Positions 1-9,809 of a stretch of 64,000 bases of DNA are shown here, one piece after another. Numbering within the stretch: position 1 is the first letter of the stretch; each line of letters starts with the position of its first letter. The DNA lies in assembly GCA_049800435.1 (NCBI GenBank), contig JBARJU010000095.1, positions 216-64,215 on the forward strand, written 5' to 3'. The position numbers were made by a program, and so were the translations under genes. The notes under the pieces were generated by a model. The model worked only from the letters and a program-made list of their open reading frames with translations, searched no databases and was not told the DNA's origin. Source of the DNA: Solirubrobacteraceae bacterium. GTDB taxonomy: Bacteria > Actinomycetota > Thermoleophilia > Solirubrobacterales > Solirubrobacteraceae.

Positions 1-2045
1 CGTTCTCTCCACTGAGCATTCCCGGCAAGGGACGCACCCTGAAAACGCTGGAGCCCGTTGAGGAACGCTGTGCCGGTAGCTCCAGCCTGCGCCATAACGT
101 TGACTGTTTCAGTGACTGTCTTGACTGCTCGACGGCTCAGTCTGCCTCGGGAGATATGCAGGTGACCGATGTGCGGCAGGTTCGTGACATGCGTGTAGCG
201 GCTATCCGGAGGGTCGGCTCCAATCAAGCCGAAGATGAGGCTCAAAACACCTAGCCCCGGGCTTATGGGCGTTGGGATCAGTGCCACTCCGCCTGTTGCC
301 AGCGAGATTGTGTTGGCACTGTCCTTGGCTGCATGGGTGGGAGGAAGACAGTCGAGCTGGTTCTGCCAGCAGATCGACCATCCATCGCCGCCGCCCAGAT
401 AACCTTCCATTTTCGGACGGATTGCGCCGTTGATGTTGTACGGGTAAGAGGCATTTCCGGCAAGGGAGACGCTGTGCTCCCCGCAAGGGCGTCGTGAAGA
501 CGGAGAGTTTCCGCATTCAAATGGTGGCACTGGCGGAACTGGCGCGAGCTCGTCGGAGACGGTAAGATTGAGAGTCGCTTCCGACAACTGAACCACGCCC
601 GTGACCTTGTAATTTGCATCGTAGGTGTTGACGTTGGAGTCATTCGCCATCGAGCCCGAGCCGACAAACACTCCGCCGGACAGCGGTGTAACTTCGCCTT
701 CAAAGCTTCCGCTACCCCATTCTCGAGTGATCTTGAGAATACCTCCAACTTCCTTGATGGACCGTTGAGGCGTGCCGTTGTGGGTGTCGAGTGCTGAGCA
801 CGGTGACGCCTGGCAGTTGATCCTAACGTTGTAGAGACCGGGGCCGTTCGACCCATCCGTGAAGCCAAACCCCGGTGGGTTAAGCTGGTTCGCCACAGAG
901 AACGACCGTAGTGCCCCGTAGACCGTCTGCGTGCCGTCAGTGACCACCAGCTGGTAGTAGATCTTAACCCACGGCGGCAGCAACGCCAACGTATTGACCG
1001 ATACGTTCTCAGTGCTTGAGTACGATACGGACGGCGTTTTCAAGACCAGACTACCCACTGTGTACTGGAAGTAGTACTTATCGGGCAGCGTTCCCGGAAT
1101 GGCGGTTCCGTTAAGGGTCGCTTCCCCGACAGTGTCAGAGCCGTTAGTAAAGCTGTTATTTGTTATCGCTCCTGTAATCGCCTGCGGCGCAGCTGGCGGA
1201 CTCTCTCCGGCAGCCGTGTAATGCGTCTTTACCTGCGCGGCCGTTAGGGGATAGTTGTAGAAGGCGACCTCGCTCTCCCATCCTGTAAACGGAGCGCATC
1301 CACACGCGTCGTCGTTAGCGATCGTAGCGATGTTCTCGCAGCAGTAGTAGGTCGTCGGCTCGGCAACGGCCGTGGTGGCGACTTCGACGCTGTCAACGTA
1401 AAGCGTCAGCTGACTGGTAGCTCGCACGAGAACGATGTGATGCCAGGTGTCATCGCCGTAGGTCCCGGATGATTCGACCGAATATCCTTGCGCGCCAGTG
1501 GAGTCGAAGGCCCCGAATACGTGACCTTGAGGATCTAGGCCGAGATGCAGCCCAAACGCATGAACAGCGTAGAACTCGCAGCCGCTACCGTGATAGGTAT
1601 TAACGCAGTTGGCGGTGTCGCTCGCCGACGCCTTAAACCACGCCTCAACGGTCCAGTTGTTCGGAGGTCGCAGCGACGGATCTGTGCCAAGATTCACGTC
1701 GCCGCTCCCTTCGAAGCGCATCGAACCCGACCCCGCGAACGGTCCTGGTTCACCGAGCGTAGCGCCGGTGATCTGTCCAGGATTGAGTCCCACCTGATCG
1801 ACTGCGGTAGAACCAGAGCTGTCGTTCAGCCGCCAGTAGCTGACGGGGTGATCCGCCATGACGGCCGACGAGTAGTCCGCAGAGGCTGCTGCCGGCGCCG
1901 AGGACGCGGCTGCTGCGCATGCCCACACTATGAGCAACAACGTGCGACGCGTGTTCCGTGCTGAGCCGCCCTTGAGCGAGAGCGGGCGGCTGCATCGTGG
2001 GCGACTACGGCAGCGGCTTCGCAGTGCCGCCATGCGGCGTTCCAT
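1..2045 (-). CDS. Secreted LamG / concanavalin-A-like (Laminin_G_3) domain protein, partial (C-terminus beyond left window edge)
   Basis: Hand translation of the minus strand is open from ATG 2045..2043 (GAGGAGG about 7 nt upstream) down to base 3. Frame checked at internal ATGs 1859, 650 and 410. N-terminus has a signal-like segment RRTLLLIVWACAAAASSAPAAASA. WTVEAWFK and LTLYVDSV motifs are typical of the LamG jelly-roll. Absent from the ORF track because there is no stop inside the window. Confidence 0.7.
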   Translation of the reverse strand, partial: MERRMAALRSRCRSRPRCSRPLSLKGGSARNTRRTLLLIVWACAAAASSAPAAASADYSSAVMADHPVSYWRLNDSSGSTAVDQVGLNPGQITGATLGEPGPFAGSGSMRFEGSGDVNLGTDPSLRPPNNWTVEAWFKASASDTANCVNTYHGSGCEFYAVHAFGLHLGLDPQGHVFGAFDSTGAQGYSVESSGTYGDDTWHHIVLVRATSQLTLYVDSVEVATTAVAEPTTYYCCENIATIANDDACGCAPFTGWESEVAFYNYPLTAAQVKTHYTAAGESPPAAPQAITGAITNNSFTNGSDTVGEATLNGTAIPGTLPDKYYFQYTVGSLVLKTPSVSYSSTENVSVNTLALLPPWVKIYYQLVVTDGTQTVYGALRSFSVANQLNPPGFGFTDGSNGPGLYNVRINCQASPCSALDTHNGTPQRSIKEVGGILKITREWGSGSFEGEVTPLSGGVFVGSGSMANDSNVNTYDANYKVTGVVQLSEATLNLTVSDELAPVPPVPPFECGNSPSSRRPCGEHSVSLAGNASYPYNINGAIRPKMEGYLGGGDGWSICWQNQLDCLPPTHAAKDSANTISLATGGVALIPTPISPGLGVLSLIFGLIGADPPDSRYTHVTNLPHIGHLHISRGRLSRRAVKTVTETVNVMAQAGATGTAFLNGLQRFQGASLAGNAQWRE

Positions 2046-2125
2046 CGGCGAACCTCCTCGTGACGCGCGGGCTACGCAGGCGGAGAACGGTAGCAGCTAG
2101 CCTGATCGTCGCAGCCGCGCGTCGC

Positions 2126-4294
2126 TCAAGAGTGTCCGAACCGTACGTCGGGAAGGACGCGCCGTGCCCAGCGGGGCAGATACCACGCGCGGGCGCCCAT
2201 CAGACGCAGCAGGACGGGCAGCAGCAGCAGCCGTACTAGCGCCGCGTCGAGGAGCACGGCGATGCCGAGGATGATCCCCATCTCCTTTGGCGGCAGCGGT
2301 CCGGAGAGGGCGAAGGTGAAGAACACGGCGACCATCACGGCGGCTGCCGCGAAGATCACCCGGCCGGAGTGGGCCATTCCGTTGACCATCGCGTCCTTGG
2401 CGTTGTGGGTGTGGTCCCAGTGCTCCTTGGCGGAGGATAGTAGGAACATCGTGTAGTCCATTGAGATTGCGAAGATCATCGCAAAGAAGAACACGGGCCC
2501 CCAGGCGTCGAGGAACCCTTGCGGCTGGAAGCCGAGCAGGGTGTGAAGCGCTCCGTCTTGGAAGATCCACTTGGCTACGCCGAACGCGGCGCCGGTGGCG
2601 AGCAGGTTGGTGAGCACGCCGGCTGCTGCGAGCAGTGGTGCTTGTAGTGCGAACAGGAGAAGTAGGAATCCGAGCACCAGCACGACGCCGATCACGAGTG
2701 CGGTCTTGGAGGAGAGGAGGTGCTGAAGGTCGTGGTTTTCAGCAACGGCGCCGCCGGTCAGCGCGCCCGCCGGGAGGTGGGAGCGCAACCGTTCGATTGT
2801 CGCGCCGACCTCGGGGTTGGAGGGGTCCTGGCGGGGGACAGCGGTGATCAGGGATAGCCCGTGGGCGCCGGGCTGGGTCGGCAAGACCCGCACGATTCCC
2901 GGATCGCTCTTGGCGAGTTTCGCTATCGCAGCGGCCTGGCTTGTGGGCGCGACGATCTGCAGCGGGCCGGTGGCACCAGGGCCCATCGCGGCCTGCACCT
3001 GGTAATAACCGCTCCGCGAGGAGTCGCTAGAGGGCACGACCTTGATTGAGGGCATCGAGGTCTTCAGCTGCGTGACGGGGTAGGCCAAAGCGACCAGCAC
3101 GGCCAGGGCGGGGATGCCGTAACGCCAGGGGTGGCGCCAGAGGCGCTCGCCCCAAGCGGCAAACCGGGGGGAGCGGTGCTCGCCGGAGTGCGCCCACGGC
3201 AGCGACAGGTTGTCGACCTTCGGCCCGAGCTTCGTCAGCACCGCGGGGAGCAGTGTGAGCGTCGAGGCGAGCACGAAGATGACGGCGAGCATGATTCCGA
3301 GGCTCATGCTGCGAAAAGCTGGACTCGGTACCAGCATCACGGCCGTTAGGGAGATCAGCACGGTGACGCCGCTGAACAGCACGGCCTGGCCGGCCGTGTC
3401 CATCGTCACGGCAGTCGCCTCAGCGGCGCTGAGCTTCGATCCGAAGAAAGCTCCGCGAAAGCGCATCACGAGAAACAGCGCGTAGTCGATCCCAAGAGCG
3501 AGCGCAAACATCAGCGCGAAGTTCATCGCCCAGATCGAGATCGGTGCGATCAGGGTGCCCAGGTAGAGCGAGCCGGCGGCGGCGAGCAGACCGACCATCG
3601 TCAGCATCAACGGCAACCCGGCGGCGACAAGCGAGCCGAACGCGAGCAGCATGATCCCGAGCGTCACCGGCCAGGAGACGACCTCGGATTTGAGCATCGC
3701 CGAGCGGTTGGCCGCGTTGAAGTCAGACCACATGCCGGCGGCGCCTGTGAGGTTGACGACCACCCCGGCCGAGGAGAGCTTGTGCAGCGTGCCCTTCAAG
3801 GTGTCGGCGGCGGCGACCATCTCGTTCGGGTTCTTCGCGGCGCCGGCCTGCACGATCGCGGTGTGGCCGTCGGCTGAGATCGAAAGCCCCGGCGCGGGAG
3901 CGACGACGGTGCGCACCGCGCCGTTCGCCCGCAGCGTTTGCTCCACGCGCGCAATCGCCGAGCGGAACGCTGGTGAGCTGACCGTCTGCGTCGGGGAGTA
4001 GACAACGGTCATCAGGCCGTAGCTGCCGAGACCGGCGAAGTCGCGGTCCACGAGCTTGCGCGCCTGGGTTGATTGCGATCCGCTCGCTTCCCATCCGGCG
4101 CCGGAGAGGGCCTTCTCCACCCGTGGCGCGAAGAACCCAAGGACAACCGCGACAAGCAGCCAGCCCACGAGGACCGTGCGGAAATGCGTCGCTGTGTAGC
4201 GGCCGAGGCGGCCGATCGGCCCGATGCTGGCCGCGTGATCCAGGGGAGCTGTTGCTGGCTGGGAAGCGTGTGGTGCGACGGTGGTGGCGCTCAT
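2126..4294 (-). CDS. MMPL / RND-superfamily membrane transporter
   Basis: 768-aa ORF with two blocks of about 6 TM helices separated by soluble loops, the typical MmpL architecture. Preferred start is ATG 4294 (MSATTVAP...) with GGAGG 8 nt upstream. That ATG overlaps the upstream stop as ATGA. Confidence 0.85.
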   Translation of the reverse strand: MSATTVAPHASQPATAPLDHAASIGPIGRLGRYTATHFRTVLVGWLLVAVVLGFFAPRVEKALSGAGWEASGSQSTQARKLVDRDFAGLGSYGLMTVVYSPTQTVSSPAFRSAIARVEQTLRANGAVRTVVAPAPGLSISADGHTAIVQAGAAKNPNEMVAAADTLKGTLHKLSSAGVVVNLTGAAGMWSDFNAANRSAMLKSEVVSWPVTLGIMLLAFGSLVAAGLPLMLTMVGLLAAAGSLYLGTLIAPISIWAMNFALMFALALGIDYALFLVMRFRGAFFGSKLSAAEATAVTMDTAGQAVLFSGVTVLISLTAVMLVPSPAFRSMSLGIMLAVIFVLASTLTLLPAVLTKLGPKVDNLSLPWAHSGEHRSPRFAAWGERLWRHPWRYGIPALAVLVALAYPVTQLKTSMPSIKVVPSSDSSRSGYYQVQAAMGPGATGPLQIVAPTSQAAAIAKLAKSDPGIVRVLPTQPGAHGLSLITAVPRQDPSNPEVGATIERLRSHLPAGALTGGAVAENHDLQHLLSSKTALVIGVVLVLGFLLLLFALQAPLLAAAGVLTNLLATGAAFGVAKWIFQDGALHTLLGFQPQGFLDAWGPVFFFAMIFAISMDYTMFLLSSAKEHWDHTHNAKDAMVNGMAHSGRVIFAAAAVMVAVFFTFALSGPLPPKEMGIILGIAVLLDAALVRLLLLPVLLRLMGARAWYLPRWARRVLPDVRFGHS

Positions 4295-4569
4295 GAGCTT
4301 GCCTCCTGGCGGGGGTAGACCACCGAACGCAGCGAGAACACGCGGCGCAGCACGAGTGAGGCTGGGCAAGCGCCGAATAGCACGTAAAGCCACTGGTTGG
4401 CGCCCACGAATGCGGTCAACAGGAGAAACCACGGCGAGACGAGCGCGGCGAGCGCGGCGCTGAGCAGGGTCATGGTCCCCGCTAGAGCGAACAGCACACG
4501 CTCAAGCGGCCAACGCCCAGCTTCCTGGCGGGCGTCGTCGCCACCTTGAGAGCAAGCCGCGCTGCTCAT
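4291..4569 (-). CDS. DUF2892 (YgaP-like) small membrane protein
   Basis: 92 aa with two TM helices and the G-x-CP motif (LFGACPASLVL) typical of DUF2892. ATGA overlaps at both ends (4566..4569 and 4291..4294). Confidence 0.65.
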   Translation of the reverse strand: MSSAACSQGGDDARQEAGRWPLERVLFALAGTMTLLSAALAALVSPWFLLLTAFVGANQWLYVLFGACPASLVLRRVFSLRSVVYPRQEASS

Positions 4570-4919
4570 CGCTCCAGTGCCCCCGGCACCAGCTCGTCGA
4601 GCTCGTCCAGCTGGCGGCGCAGGTCACCACAGACCTGCTCGCACAGCTCGAAGACGCCCTCATCGGCGATCGAGTACACGGAGAAGTTCCCCTGCTTGCT
4701 GCGGCTCACAAGCCCGTTGCGCAGCAGTAGGCCGAGGTGCTTGGAGACGTTCTGCTGCGAGGCACCCGTTGCGTCCTGGAGCTCTTGAACGGTCGCCGGC
4801 GCCTCCCTCAACGCATCCAGCAAGCGGATACGCATCGGCTCGGCAAGGACACGGAAGCGCTCGGCGATCAACTCCACGAGCGGCGCCGGCAATGGATGGG
4901 GAACGGTGGTCATCGGCAT
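4566..4919 (-). CDS. ArsR/SmtB family transcriptional regulator
   Basis: wHTH core FRVLAEPMRIRLLDAL...TVQELQDATGASQQNVSKHLGLLLRNGLVSR. The track start (TTG 4937) lies inside the repeat-rich upstream region, so ATG 4919 or 4913 is preferred. Confidence 0.85.
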   Translation of the reverse strand: MPMTTVPHPLPAPLVELIAERFRVLAEPMRIRLLDALREAPATVQELQDATGASQQNVSKHLGLLLRNGLVSRSKQGNFSVYSIADEGVFELCEQVCGDLRRQLDELDELVPGALER

Positions 4920-4931
4920 AACACCACCATA

Positions 4932-4966
4932 CCACAACTAAATCGTTGTTTACTACTTTGGTTGTG
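4932..4966. promoter_or_regulatory. Candidate ArsR-type operator: nested ACAAC/GTTGT inverted repeats in a locally AT-rich stretch
   Basis: CCACAAC(4932-4938) TAAATC GTTGT(4945-4949) ... GTTGTG(4961-4966), immediately upstream of the arsR-like start. Confidence 0.35.
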
Positions 4967-5211
4967 TTACTGGTTCGCACGGATCGCTTGCGGTAGTTGC
5001 GACGGATGATCCGTCGCCGCCGTGGCCGGGCCAGGGTGCGGGCGTATTTCGCCATGCGATAGAGAGCGTCTACTTACGGATGTGTTCGGCTGCCGGTGGT
5101 GGAACTCTTGATGCTGTGTCCGCCGCACTGCTCGCAGTCATCGTTCTCGCGGTACTCGCGCCTTGGCCAACGCCCTCCGCGAAGTTGGAAGGCACCAACG
5201 CTCTCTGATCG

Positions 5212-7254
5212 ATGTCCGGCAATCGTCATCACTCTTGGATCGGCCGAGCTGTCGGTGGGCGTGTCGCGGTGACGGCAACGGCGGCGTTGGCGATGGCGCT
5301 GCTCAACTGCGGCTCCTCGGTGGCGGACGTGACGCTGGCGAGCGGTCTGCCGCAGGCGCCCAGGGTTAGTGCTGCCGGCCAGGCGTTCGCGTGGAGCGTG
5401 TTCGAACCCGCCACAAGCACCTGGCGGCTGGTGGTGCGCCGCGAGGGAGTGACGCAGGTCTTGCCGATCGCGGGGCGTTCGACGCCGTTTGATGTGGATC
5501 TCGGTGACGACGGTCATGGAGGGCTCGTCGCCAGCTACTCGCGCTGCTCGGCGGCGATGGGGGGAACCGAACTGCCCCACGGCTGCCGCCTCTACTACTA
5601 CGATTTCGCCACCGGCACCGAACGCCCGATCACCGTGGCCAACGCCAGCGGCTTTTCGCAGTTCGACCCTTCGATGGCGGCGGGGCGCGTCGCCTTCGCG
5701 CGCATCGGAGATCGGCGCCGGGTCGGCGCCGGCAACCGAGCACGGATCTACGTGCAGAGCCTCGCGGGCGGGAAGCCCCGACGCCAGCCGGGCGGCTTCG
5801 AAAACAACGAATCCGGCAGCGGCCCGACGGGTCTCGACCTGAGCGCCACCGCGCTGGCGTTCAGCTGGGAGGCCCGAGGCGCGACGGCGTTCGAGCCCTT
5901 CAGCGTGGCGATCTCACAGGTGAGCGTCGACAATCTCTCGGGCACCCAGATCCTGGTCGCGCTCGGTACCAGCGGTGAGATCTCGGGCTACGAGGAGCTC
6001 TCGCCCACGCTAGCCGGAGGAACCGTCTACTACTACGAAGCGGGCATCGAAGAAGGGGGCAGTGTCCACGAGCTGCGGAGTCTCACCGTTCCCGGTGCGC
6101 AGGCCGGGGTGGCGGGCGCCCCGCCGGGCGCAAGTAGCATCGCCACGAGCTTCGCCGGGACGATCTACTCGCGCTGCTCGGCCAGTTACGACTTCCCGGC
6201 CTACCCGGGAAGCACTCCATGCGAAGTCGTGCTGGCCGAACACATCGCCTACATCGATCCCGACCAAGAGGTCGCGGGTGTCGCGCAGCCGACGACGATC
6301 AGCATGAGCCCCCAGATGTCGGTCAAGCAGAGCCCCGGCCACGTCCGTGGAAACTGGCTGGCGTGGAGCGCCTACGACCCGGCTGGCCGCGACTACCAGC
6401 TGATGCTGCGCGGTCCCGACGGCACAGCCGCCGCGGCGCCGGTGGCCCCGCGCCAGGTTCCCTTCGACGTGGAGCTCGGCCCCCGAGCGGGCGGGGGATT
6501 GATCGCCGTCTACTCGCGCTGCCGCCTCGAACCGCGACTCGACCCTCGCGACATGCTGCCGCTGCCCGCGACCGGTCGCGGCTGTCGTCTGTACCGCTAC
6601 GACATCGGCTCGCCCGGCGAGCACGCGATCCCCGGATCTGGATCGCGCTTCTTGCCGAGTGTCTGGAACGGCGAACTGGCCTTCGCCAGGCTGGCGCCCG
6701 ACGGGAGACCCGCCGTGTATGTGGGCTCGCTGAACGGCCGCGCCGCCCCCCGGCGGCTGATGGGGGGCCCGGCCGGCACGGTCCCGCGGCTCGGACCGCG
6801 GGCACTCGTACTCCGCGAAGGCCGCGTCGCTTTCGTGTGGGAGTACCGAACCCGATCGGGTCTACGATCGGAGCTGCGCCTGGACGGACTAGGTGCGCGC
6901 TCGCTGCTAGTACTGGATAGCGTCTCCAGCGGCAGCGGAACCGTCCGGGAGCTCTCGCCGTCCTTCGCCGGGTTCCACGGAGCAGTGCTCGCGTGGGCGC
7001 GCCGTGATGGGGACGGACAAAGCCGGATCGAGGTGTTCGGGCTCGCCAGCCGTCACCTGGACTCCTATCTGGCGCCCGATCCGATCGAGGCGCTGGCTAC
7101 CAACCACCTCGAAGTCGTCAACCACCTGGCCTACGGCGAGGTGCTCTACGCGCGAGGAGACGGCCACGGAGGCGCCACGATCAGACGGCTCATCGCAGGC
7201 TCTGCAAGCGCCTACAACCCCGCCCCGCGTCCGCTGCCGAAGCAGACAAGATGA
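5212..7254 (+). CDS. Secreted/lipoprotein-like protein with two ~300-aa internal repeats (beta-propeller-like)
   Basis: N-terminal hydrophobic signal AVTATAALAMALLNCGSS. Repeated blocks PFDVDLGDDGHGGLVASYSRC...GCRLYYYD and PFDVELGPRAGGGLIAVYSRC...GCRLYRYD. Confidence 0.7.
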   Translation: MSGNRHHSWIGRAVGGRVAVTATAALAMALLNCGSSVADVTLASGLPQAPRVSAAGQAFAWSVFEPATSTWRLVVRREGVTQVLPIAGRSTPFDVDLGDDGHGGLVASYSRCSAAMGGTELPHGCRLYYYDFATGTERPITVANASGFSQFDPSMAAGRVAFARIGDRRRVGAGNRARIYVQSLAGGKPRRQPGGFENNESGSGPTGLDLSATALAFSWEARGATAFEPFSVAISQVSVDNLSGTQILVALGTSGEISGYEELSPTLAGGTVYYYEAGIEEGGSVHELRSLTVPGAQAGVAGAPPGASSIATSFAGTIYSRCSASYDFPAYPGSTPCEVVLAEHIAYIDPDQEVAGVAQPTTISMSPQMSVKQSPGHVRGNWLAWSAYDPAGRDYQLMLRGPDGTAAAAPVAPRQVPFDVELGPRAGGGLIAVYSRCRLEPRLDPRDMLPLPATGRGCRLYRYDIGSPGEHAIPGSGSRFLPSVWNGELAFARLAPDGRPAVYVGSLNGRAAPRRLMGGPAGTVPRLGPRALVLREGRVAFVWEYRTRSGLRSELRLDGLGARSLLVLDSVSSGSGTVRELSPSFAGFHGAVLAWARRDGDGQSRIEVFGLASRHLDSYLAPDPIEALATNHLEVVNHLAYGEVLYARGDGHGGATIRRLIAGSASAYNPAPRPLPKQTR

Positions 7255-7311
7255 GCGACCGCTGCGTCGGGCCAGCCCGCTGACGGGTCGCGCACGACGC
7301 CGCGCCGGGCA

Positions 7312-7548
7312 TCAGGCGTCGGGGAGAGCAGCAAAATCGCGCTTGGCCTTCCTGTACCACCCCATTCCTGAGATGGGATGCTTCCACCTGCCCTTCATCT
7401 CCTTCAAAGCACTTTCGTGCGTTGCATCGCCTTGTGCAACCACATCCTTGAGATGCTTGTCCTGTGCCTTTATGACCTCATCTGCGGTGTTTCCATGGTG
7501 CGGGAGATCACATGGTCCACCCAGTTGTCTACATGTCATTGTCTTCAT
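7312..7548 (-). CDS. DUF1059 family small protein
   Basis: MKTMTCRQLGGPCDLPHHGNTADEVIKAQDKHLKDV matches the DUF1059 pattern (C..lG..Cd....G.t.eEv......H). Confidence 0.7.
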   Translation of the reverse strand: MKTMTCRQLGGPCDLPHHGNTADEVIKAQDKHLKDVVAQGDATHESALKEMKGRWKHPISGMGWYRKAKRDFAALPDA

Positions 7549-7617
7549 GGGTCTCGCTTCCTTCCGTGGTGGGCTACGGGTCGTGCGATGCGCGGGGACA
7601 GCGGAAACACTTCTACG

Positions 7618-8559
7618 CTACGGCGCCGAAGGAATAGGCTGACCGAGCCGTCGCGCCGTGACAAGTACGGCGAGGGTGCTCGCCCGGATCGGCCGCCCCA
7701 GGCGCTCGTGGAGAGCGCGATTCTCGTTCACGAGGGCGTCACGCTTCTCGGGTGAGAGTCGTGCCCAGAATGACATCGTGCCGAGCAGGGCGCCCAGCTC
7801 ATCGGCGGTGTGCTCGATCAGGGTTGGCACGGTTGCGAGCTGTAGATCCTCGAAGAGATCGGCTGCGTAGTCACGTCCTATGTCGTAGCTTCCCAGCCAG
7901 CCCCAGGCGTCCGCGACGTTCCGACGGCGCTCCTGCACGCCCGCAATCGTGCAATCGAGATCGCGGTAGGTGGGCCAGGTCGCAGCGATCTCCCACGCGT
8001 GCCTGTGCAGGGCCGACAGTAGAGCCTCCTGATCGTCGGCGCTGCGCTGCTCCTTGAGGCCGAGGTACTGGATTAGGGCGAGCGTGCCGTGGGGAGCGAG
8101 CGCGTCGGCGATCTTCCGCCAGCTCAGATCGGGGTCAACCCAGTGGATCGCGGACGCCGAGAACACCGCCTCGTAGCTCTCGCGGGGCAACTGCATGTCC
8201 TCGAGCCGCGCGTGGACGAGCTCCACATCGCCCGCATCTTTCAGGTTCTCCTCGGCGACACGGATCAGTTGATCCCCCGGCTCGAGTGCGGTCACGCGCA
8301 ACCCTCGCGCGAGGAGGCTGCGCGTCAGCTGACCGGTCCCGCACCCGATCTCGAGCACCCGGTCGCCATCGGCGATACCTGCCACCTCGCATGCTTGATC
8401 GACGAGCGCATCGGGGTAGGCCGGGCGATTGCGGTCGTACTCGACCGCGACCTCGTTGAAGACCTTGCCGTAGCTCCGTGCGAGCGTCCCGCCGCTCATA
8501 GGGCCCGAACCGTACACACCCGCCTGGATGGGCGACGGACTAGCGTACTCCGTGCGCAA
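7618..8559 (-). CDS. Class I SAM-dependent methyltransferase
   Basis: Motif I VLEIGCGTGQLTRSLLARGLRVTALEPGDQL. Confidence 0.8.
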   Translation of the reverse strand: MRTEYASPSPIQAGVYGSGPMSGGTLARSYGKVFNEVAVEYDRNRPAYPDALVDQACEVAGIADGDRVLEIGCGTGQLTRSLLARGLRVTALEPGDQLIRVAEENLKDAGDVELVHARLEDMQLPRESYEAVFSASAIHWVDPDLSWRKIADALAPHGTLALIQYLGLKEQRSADDQEALLSALHRHAWEIAATWPTYRDLDCTIAGVQERRRNVADAWGWLGSYDIGRDYAADLFEDLQLATVPTLIEHTADELGALLGTMSFWARLSPEKRDALVNENRALHERLGRPIRASTLAVLVTARRLGQPIPSAP

Positions 8560-8639
8560 AAAGTGACCTTCTGAGGCCGGTGTTCTGTCCGGCGTGAGCG
8601 GGGTCAGCGAGAGGCAGGCCTTGCCCGGCGAAAATTACG

Positions 8640-9023
8640 TTGCAGGTCATGTCGAGAGTCCGACCAAGGTTGCTCGCGGTGATCGCCACGGCGCTCGGCG
8701 TGCTCGCCATCACCGCCGCAGCAAGCGCGCACCGCGCCCCCACCAAGAGCGAGTCCGCGGCGATCACGGCTGCGCTCCACAAGCCGAACGTGGGAGTCCG
8801 TCGCGGGCTCTGCTTCCACGTTCGCAACATCGTGATCTCCACCGCGGGACCGTGGGCGCGCGCGACCCTAGTCCCCTGCAATAAGAACCACGGCGACACG
8901 GCACTCGCGGTCCTGCGGCGAGTCCACTGGCAATGGCGCGTGCGCGATGTTGGCACGGCCGGCGTGGGTTGCACCGTCGCACCGGCACGGGTGCGACGCG
9001 ATCTGCGACTCGTTTGCCCTTAG
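8640..9023 (+). CDS. Small secreted hypothetical protein
   Basis: Signal-like N-terminus RPRLLAVIATALGVLAITAAASAHR. No recognised domain. Confidence 0.5.
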   Translation: MQVMSRVRPRLLAVIATALGVLAITAAASAHRAPTKSESAAITAALHKPNVGVRRGLCFHVRNIVISTAGPWARATLVPCNKNHGDTALAVLRRVHWQWRVRDVGTAGVGCTVAPARVRRDLRLVCP

Positions 9024-9123
9024 ACGCTGCGGGCTCATACTCCCGCTCCCCGGCCCGCGTTCTTCATTGCTCTCTGCCCGGTCAAACCCTGGACGCGTGT
9101 TCGATGCCGTTTCTTGCCCACGC

Positions 9124-9558
9124 TTAGTGGCGCATCTGTTTGATGCGGCTGCGCGTGAACCCAGGCCATGTTCGGGGACGTCGAACCAGGGCCAGCACCA
9201 GCGGCAAAGAATCGAAGTAGGTGAACCGCTCGGTGGCGAGTCCGTCCTCGTTGAGAACGAAGCGGTCCACCGACTGCCAGGAGATGGGGGCTCCGCTTGC
9301 ACTACCGCGAACCGTGAACTCGATCAGAACGCCATCGGAGGTGGCGCCCCAGCGGTGGACCTCGGCGGTCATGTCGGGGATCAGCTCGAAGAGGTCGGCG
9401 AAGGTGCGCTTGCCCGCCTCCAGCCCGTATGTGGTCGAAACCATCGGTGCGGAGAGGCGGGCCTCAGGTGCCAGCACCGTGTCGAGGTGCTCGACCACAG
9501 GTGCCTGCCAGAACTCCGCGAAGCGCCTGACAAAGTCCGCCGCCCGATCCTGGTCCAT
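9124..9558 (-). CDS. SnoaL/NTF2-like fold protein
   Basis: 144 aa. The pattern FVRRFAEFW...D..l.pe..........G....f......p......H.w is compatible with SnoaL-like polyketide-cyclase-fold proteins. Confidence 0.5.
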   Translation of the reverse strand: MDQDRAADFVRRFAEFWQAPVVEHLDTVLAPEARLSAPMVSTTYGLEAGKRTFADLFELIPDMTAEVHRWGATSDGVLIEFTVRGSASGAPISWQSVDRFVLNEDGLATERFTYFDSLPLVLALVRRPRTWPGFTRSRIKQMRH

Positions 9559-9809
9559 CCCCGCACCTTACCCCGGAGGTCAGCGCCGCGAGTCTACGAT
9601 CGCCAGGGGACAAGCCCCGTGTCGGCGCCGGTGAGAAACTGACCCCCCTCGCCGGTTGAGATTCCTGGAGATCCAGGCCTCGCGCATTGCTCGCCGGCAA
9701 CGCGCGCGAGCGCCGACTGCTACTTGATCGCGCGACCGCGTGCGCATGGCAAGCGGCCCGGTAGCCGGGCGCCGATCTAATTACCGCTTGCATGGAGATG
9801 AGGCCGCCC

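Noticed and set aside
4660-5055. 131-aa minus-strand ORF starting MAKYARTLARPRRRRIIRRNYRK upstream of arsR; considered as a transposase or IS remnant.
   Set aside because: Only about 25 residues look protein-like. The rest overlaps the arsR gene and operator out of frame, and no inverted repeats or transposase motifs are present.
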